Of a stretch of DNA of 64,000 nucleotides, positions 56,842 to 64,000 are shown one piece after another. The stretch is taken from NCBI RefSeq assembly GCF_009914755.1, contig NC_060948.1; one strand, given 5' to 3'. The stretch comes from the human T2T-CHM13v2.0 reference genome, Homo sapiens. The position numbers were made by a program, and so were the translations under genes. Every line of letters starts with the position of its first letter. The stretch's first letter is position 1. The notes under the pieces were generated by a model. It ran no database searches, was not told the DNA's origin, and saw nothing but the letters and a program-made list of their open reading frames with translations.

Positions 56842-59800
56842 AGTGAATAGAATCGAACTAAATCGAATGGAATGGAATTGATAGGAACGGAATGGAAAGG
56901 AATGCAATGATTTGGCATGGAATGGAATCGAATGGCATCGAATGGAATGGAATGGAATGCAATGGAATGGAATGTATTAGAATGTAATGAACTTTAATGG
57001 AATGTACTCGAATGGATTCGACTGGAATGGAATGTTCTGGAAGTGAATGGACTCCAATGGAATGGATTCAAAAGGAATGGAATCGTACGGAATGGAATCT
57101 AATGGAATGCAATTAAATGGAAATGAATCAAATTGAATAGCACGGAATTGAATTGAATGGAATGGAATGCAATGGAATCTAATGAAACGGAAAGGAAAGG
57201 AATGGAATGGAATGGAATGGGCTGGAATGGAAAGGAATCGAAACGAATGGAATGGAATCGAACTGAAGAGACTGGAATGGAATGCACTGGAATGGAAGGG
57301 AGTGTAATGGAAGGTTCTCGAAAAAAATGGAATCGAATGGAATGCAATTGAATGGAACGGAATAGAGTCGAATGGAATTGAATGGAATGGAATGGACTAG
57401 AGTGAAATGGAATCGAACCACAAGGAATGGACAGGAATAGAATGGTCTCGAATTGAATGGAATCGTATGGAATGGCATCAAACGGAATGGAATGGACAGC
57501 CACGGAATGGAATGCACTCGAATGCAATGGAGGCGAAACTAACGGACTGGAATAGAATGGACTCGACTGGTACGGACTCCAATGGAATGGAATCGAATGG
57601 AAGGGAATCGAACGGAAGGGAATCGAACGGAATGGACTCGAAGGGAAAAGACTGCAATGGAAAGGTCTCGAATGGAATGGAAATTAATGGAATGGAATGG
57701 AATCGAATGAAATGGAGTCAAAAGGAATGGAATCGAATGGCAAGAAATCGAATGTAATGGAATCGCAAGGAATTGATGTGAACGGAACGGAATGGAATGG
57801 AATCCAAAGGAATGGAATAGAATGGAATGGAATCGAATGGAAAGGACTCGAATGGAAATCACTCGAATAGAATGCAATTTAATAAAATAGGATCAAATGT
57901 AATGGAATGGAATGGAAAGGAATCGAAACGAAAGGAATGGAGACAGATGGAATGGAATGGAACAGAGAGCAATGGTATAGAATGGAATGGAATCATCTGG
58001 AATGGAATTGAATGGAATGGAATAATATGAAATGGAATGGAATGGAATGGAATGGAATGCCCTTGAATTAAATGGACTGGACTCGAACAGAGTGGAATGG
58101 AAAGTGTTGAGATAGAATGGAATGGACTCCTTTGGAATGGTCTAGTATGCAATGCAATCGACTGGCAGGGAATCAAAAGGAATGTAATGGAATGGATTGG
58201 ACTGGAATGCAATGGACTCGAATAGATTGGAAACGGAATGCAAAGGAATGGAATGGAATAGTATGGAATGGAATGGAAAGGAATGGAGTGGAATAGACTA
58301 GAGTGGAATGGAATGGACTGGAAAGCAATGGACTGGAATGGAACTTTCTTGAATGGACTGGAATCAAACGGAATGGAATGCAATGCAATCAAATGGCATG
58401 GAATAAAATAGAATGAAAGAGAATCAAATGGAATTGAATCGAATGGAATCGAATGGATTGGAAAGGAATAGAATGGAATGGAATGGAATGGACTCAAATG
58501 GAATGGACTAGAATGGAATGGATTCGAATGGAAGGCAAAGGAATGGAATCTATTGGAATGGACTGTAATGGAATGGAATGGAAGGGATTGGAATGGACTC
58601 GAATGGAATGGACTGCAATAGAAAGGACTCGAATGGAATGAAAAAGAATTGAATGGAATAGAACAGAATGGAATCAAATCGAATGAAATGGAATGGAATA
58701 GAAAGGAATGGAATGAAATGGAATGGAAAGGATTCGAATGGAATGCAATCGAATGGAATGGAATCGAACGGAATGGAATAAAATGGAAGAAAACTGGCAA
58801 GAAATGGAATCGAAATGAATGGAGTGTTATGGAACGGACTCAAAAGGAATTGAATGTAATAGAATGGAGTGGAGTGGACTCGAATATAATGGACTGGAAT
58901 GGAATGAAATCACATGGAATGGGAACGAATGGAATGGAATGGAAAGGAATGGAATCGAATGGAAAGGAATCGAATGGAAGGGAATGAAATTGAATCAACA
59001 GGAATGGAAGGGAATAGAATAGACGGTAATGGAATGGACTCGAATAGAATGGACACGAATGCTCAAATTGAATGGACTCGAATGGAATGGAAACGAAAGG
59101 AATGTCATCGAATGGAATTGAATCGATTGGAATGAAATCGCATAGAATGGAGTGGAATCAAATGGAATTGAATCGAAAGGAAAGGAAGCGAATGGACTGA
59201 AATGAAATGGAATGGAATTGAATGGAAAGTAATGCAATGGAATAGAATGGAACGAAATTTCACGGAATGGAATCAAACTGAATGGAATCAAATCAATGGA
59301 ATCAAATCAAATGGAATGGAAAGGAATTGAATGGAGTAGATGGGATTGGATGGGATTGGAATGAAATGTACTGGAAAGGACTCGAATTTCATGAAACGGA
59401 ATGGAATGAATTGGAACGGAATGGACTCGAATGGAATGGAATGTCATGGGATGGCATCAAATGGAATGGCATCAAATGGAATGGAATCGAATGCAATGGA
59501 ATGCTATGGAATGGAATGGAATGCATTGGAATGGAATGTCCTCTAATGGAATGGATTCGAGTGGAATGGAATTGAATATAATGGAGTCGAATGAAATGGA
59601 ATTGAAAGGAATGGGATCGAATACAATGGAATATACTGGAATGTAACGTAATGAACTCGAATGTAATTGACTGGAATGGAATGTACATGAATGGAATGTA
59701 ATCGAATGGAAAGTAATCCAATGGAATAGAATCTAATGCAATAAAATCGACTCAGATAGAGTAGAATGTAATGGAATGGAGTGCAGTGCAATGGAATGGA

Positions 59801-60400
59801 ATGGAATGGAATGCAATGGAATGGAATGGAATGGAATGGAATGGAATGGAATGGAATGGAATGGGATGGAATGGTATGGAATGGATAGTAATGGACTGGA
59901 GTGAAATGGACTGGAAAGGAATGGACTCAAATTGAAAGGGCTCGAAAGGAATGGAGTCAAATGGAATGGTCTGGAATGGAATGAACACGAATGTAATGCA
60001 ACCCAATAGAATGGAATCGAATGGCATGGAATATAAAGAAATGGAATCGAAGAGAATGGAAACAAATGGAATGGAATTGAATGGAATGGGAACGAATGGA
60101 GTGAAATTGTATGCAGTAGAAGAGAATAGAATGGAATGCAAGCGAAAGGAAAGGAATGGATTGGAATGGAATGGAATTCATTGGAATGGAAGGGAATGTA
60201 GTGTAATGGACAGGCCTGGAATAAAGTGGAATGCTACGGTCTCGAATGGAATAAAAATGTATGGAATGGAATGCAATGAAACGGAATCGAATGTCATAGA
60301 ATGTAATGGAATGCAAAAAAATGGAATCCAAAATCATTGACTGGAAAGGCTGGGTGTCGAAAGGAATTGACTCCAATGGAATGGAATCGAATGGAATGGA
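56842..60400 (+). repeat. DYZ1 unit U17 (3559 bp)
   Basis: HaeIII at 60213. Confidence 0.93.
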
Positions 60401-63400
60401 AGTGAATAGAATCGAACTAAATCGAATGGAATGGAATTGATAGGAACGGAATGGAAAGGAATGCAATGATTTGGCATGGAATGGAATCGAATGGCATCGA
60501 ATGGAATGGAATGTAATGCAATGGAATGGAATGTATTAGAATGTAATGAACTTTAATGGAATGTACTCGAATGGATTCGACTGGAATGGAATGTTCTGGA
60601 AGTGAATGGACTCCAATGGAATGGATTCAAAAGGAATGGAATCGTACGGAATGGAATCTAATGGAATGGAATTAAATGGAAATGAATCAAATTGAATAGC
60701 ACGGAATTGAATTGAATGGAATGGAATGCAATGGAATCTAATGAAACGGAAAGGAAAGGAATGGAATGGAATGGAATGGGCTGGAATGGAAAGGAATCGA
60801 AACGAATGGAATGGAATCGAACTGAAGAGACTGGAATGGAATGCACTGGAATGGAAGGGAGTGTAATGGAAGGTTCTCGAAAAAAATGGAATCGAATGGA
60901 ATGGAATTGAATGGAACGGAATAGAGTCGAATGGAATTGAATGGAATGGAATGGACTAGAGTGAAATGGAATCGAACCACAAGGAATGGACAGGAATAGA
61001 ACGGTCTCGAATTGAATGTAATCGTATGGAATGGCATCAAACGGAATGGAATGGACAGCCACGGAATGGAATGCACTCGAATGCAATGGAGTCGAAACTA
61101 ACGGACTGGAATAGAATGGACTCGACTGGTACGGACTCCAATGGAATGGAATCGAATGGAAGGTAATCGAACGGAATGGACTCGAAGGGAAAAGACTGCA
61201 ATGGAAAGGTCTCGAATGGAATGGAAATTAATGGAATGGAATGGAATCGAATGAAATGGAGTCAAAAGGAATGGAATCGAATGGCAAGAAATCGAATGTA
61301 ATGGAATCGCAAGGAATTGATGTGAACGGAACGGAATGGAATGGAATCCAAAGGAATGGAATAGAATGGAATGGAATCGAATGGAAAGGACTCGAATGGA
61401 AAGCACTCGAATAGAATGCAATTTAATAAAATAGGATCAAATGTAATGGAATGGAATGGAAAGGAATCGAAACGAAAGGAATGGAGACAGATGGAATGGA
61501 ATGGAACAGAGAGCAATGGTATAGAATGGAATGGAATCATCTGGAATGGAATTGAATGGAATGGAATAATATGAAATGGAATGGAATGGAATGGAATGGA
61601 ATGCCCTTGAATTAAATGGACTGGAATGGAATGGACTCAAACAGAGTGGAATGGAAAGTGTGGAGATAGAATGGAATGAACTCCTTTGGAATGGTCTAGT
61701 AGGCAATGCAATCGACTGGCAGGGAATCAAAAGGAATGTAATCGAATGGATTGGACTGGAATGCAATGGACTCGAATAGATTGGAAAGGGAATGCAAAGA
61801 ATGGAATGGAATAGTATGGAATGGAATGGAAAGGAATGGAGTGGAATAGACTAGAGTGGAATGGAATGGACTGGAAAGCAATGGACTGGAATGGAACTTT
61901 CTTGAATGGACTGGAATCAAACGGAATGGAATGCAATGCAATCAAATGGCATGGAATAAAATAGAATGAAAGAGAATCAAATGGAATTGAATCGAATGGA
62001 ATCGAATGGATTGGAAAGGAATAGAATGGAATGGAATGGAATTGACTCAAATGGAATGGACTAGAATGGAATGGATTCGAATGGAAGGCAAAGGAATGGA
62101 ATCTATTGGAATGGACTGTAATGGAATGGAATGGAAGGGATTGGAATGGACTCGAATGGAATGGACTGCAATAGAAAGGATTCGAATGGAATGAAAAAGA
62201 ATTGAATGGAATAGAACAGAATGGAATCAAATCGAATGAAATGGAATGGAATAGAAAGGAATGGAATGAAATGGAATGGAAAGGATTCGAATGGAATGCA
62301 ATCGAATGGAATGGAATCGAACGGAATGGAATAAAATGGAAGAAAACTGGCAAGAAATGGAATCGAAATGAATGGAGTGTTATGGAACGGACTCAAAAGG
62401 AATTGAATGTAATAGAATGGAGTGGAGTGGACTCGAATATAATGGACTGGAATGGAATGAAATCACATGGAATGGGAACGAATGGAATGGAATGGAAAGG
62501 AATGGAATCGAATGGAAAGGAATCGAATGGAAGGGAATGAAATTGAATCAACAGGAATGGAAGGGAATAGAATAGACGGTAATGGAATGGACTCGAATAG
62601 AATGGACACGAATGCTCAAATTAAATGGACTCGAATGGAATGGAAACGAAAGGAATGTCATCGAATGGAATTGAATCGATTGGAATGAAATCGCATAGAA
62701 TGGAGTGGAATCAAATGGAATTGAATCGAAAGGAAAGGAAGCGAATGGACTGAAATGAAATGGAATGGAATTGAATGGAAAGTAATGCAATGGAATAGAA
62801 TGGAACGAAATTTCACGGAATGGAATCAAACTGAATGGAATCAAATCAATGGAATCAAATCAAATGGAATGGAAAGGAATTGAATGGAGTAGATGGGATT
62901 GGATGGGATTGGAATGAAATGTACTGGAAAGGACTCGAATTTCATGAAACGGAATGGAATGAATTGGAAAGGAATGGACTCGAATGGAATGGAATGTCAT
63001 GGGATGGCATCAAATGGAATGGCATCAAATGGAATGGAATCGAATGCAATGGAATGCTATGGAATGGAATGGAATGCATTGGAATGTAATGTCCTCTAAT
63101 GGAATGGATTCGAGTGGAATGGAATTGAATATAATGGAGTCGAATGAAATGGAATTGAAAGGAATGGGATCGAATACAATGGAATATACTGGAATGTAAC
63201 GTAATGAACTCGAATGTAATTGACTGGAATGGAATGTACATGAATGGAATGTAATCGAATGGAAAGTAATCCAATGGAATAGAATCTAATGCAATAAAAT
63301 CGAATCAGATAGAGTAGAATGTAATGGAATGGAGTGCAGTGCAATGGAATGGAACGGAATGGAATGCAATGGAATGGAATGGAATGGAATGGAATGGAGT

Positions 63401-63963
63401 GGAATGGAATGGGATGGAATGGTATGGAATGTATAGTAATGGACTGGAGTGAAATGGACTGGAAAGGAATGGACTCAAATTGAAAGGGCTCGAAAGGAAT
63501 GGACTCAAATGGAATGGTCTGGAATGGAATGAACACGAATGTAATGCAACCCAATAGAATGGAATCGAATGGCATGGAATATAAAGAAATGGAATCGAAG
63601 AGAATGGAAACAAATGGAATGGAATTGAATGGAATGGAATTGAATGGAATGGGAACGAATGGAGTGAAATTGTATGCAGTAGAAGAGAATAGAATGGAAT
63701 GCAAGCGAAAGGAAAGGAATGGATTGGAATGGAATGGAATTCATTGGAATGGAAGGGAATGTAGTGTAATGGACAGGCCTGGAATAAAGTGGAATGCTAC
63801 GGTCTCGAATGGAATAAAAATGTATGGAATGGAATGCAATGAAACGGAATCGAATGTCATAGAATGTAATGGAATGCAAAAAAATGGAATCCAAAATCAT
63901 TGACTGGAAAGGCTGGGTGTCGAAAGGAATTGACTCCAATGGAATGGAATCGAATGGAATGGA
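60401..63963 (+). repeat. DYZ1 unit U18 (3563 bp)
   Basis: HaeIII at 63776; 1-bp deletion at about 61799. Confidence 0.93.
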
Positions 63964-64000
63964 AGTGAATAGAATCGAACTAAATCGAATGGAATGGAAT

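Larger units (their letters stand above)
1..64000 (+). repeat. DYZ1: Human satellite 3 (HSat3) array, DYZ1 family (Yq12), GGAAT strand on +
   Basis: Degenerate GGAAT pentamers throughout. A GGCC (HaeIII, within AGGCCT) recurs once per unit at 3357, 6906, 10399, 13948, 17512, 21060, 24624, 28193, 31756, 35330, 38899, 42463, 46032, 49596, 53120, 56654, 60213, 63776. Spacing is 3493-3574 bp and four spacings are exactly 3564, the classical DYZ1 length. The reverse complement from the HaeIII cut reads CCTGTCCATTACACTACATTCCCTTCCATTCCAATGAATTCC, which I recall as the start of the DYZ1 HaeIII fragment (from memory, not searched). Confidence 0.96.

Noticed and set aside
4567-62353. Recurrent 300-313 aa minus-strand ORFs (IPFHS repeats)
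   Set aside because: (ATTCC)n has no stop codon in any frame, so long ORFs are expected. The ORF is truncated or frameshifted freely between units (110-313 aa) and is low complexity with no domain.
316-63903. Plus-strand MEWNG-repeat ORFs resembling the poly-WNGME product of (TGGAA)n expansions
   Set aside because: These are an automatic translation of the pentamer. The sequence gives no evidence of expression.
1-64000. CRISPR-like or repeat-spacer system
   Set aside because: There are no unique spacers. All inter-motif sequence is degenerate pentamer repeated in every unit, and there are no associated genes.
1-64000. Hidden insertion (Alu, L1, DYZ2, viral) or inversion
   Set aside because: All 18 unit lengths lie within 3493-3574 bp and are accounted for by small indels, and the GGAAT orientation never flips.
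1-64000. Annotating a specific DYZ1-derived noncoding RNA
   Set aside because: Satellite 3 and Yq12 transcripts are reported in general, but no transcript boundaries can be supported from this sequence.

Overview
The whole 64-kb window is one uninterrupted satellite array of degenerate (GGAAT)n pentamers on the + strand, arranged as 18 complete head-to-tail units of about 3.56 kb (1-63963) plus 37 bp of a 19th. Each unit has a recurring HaeIII/StuI site with an EcoRI site 39 bp upstream. The unit size, the sites and the sequence around them identify it as human satellite 3, Y-specific DYZ1 of Yq12 heterochromatin. I found no genes, RNA genes, transposon insertions, DYZ2 blocks or inversions, and the ORF track is a by-product of pentamer periodicity. 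I did not find a new protein-coding system. The points worth a second look are: (i) three perfect heat-shock elements (GAAnnTTCnnGAA) at fixed positions in the unit, 50 in the window; (ii) a mosaic history of unit duplication and conversion readable from shared variants; (iii) a 7-change mutation cluster at the apparent breakpoint of a recent unit duplication; (iv) a strict pentamer register with four fixed slips per unit and indels that favour 15 bp. All comparisons were made by eye and need alignment to confirm.
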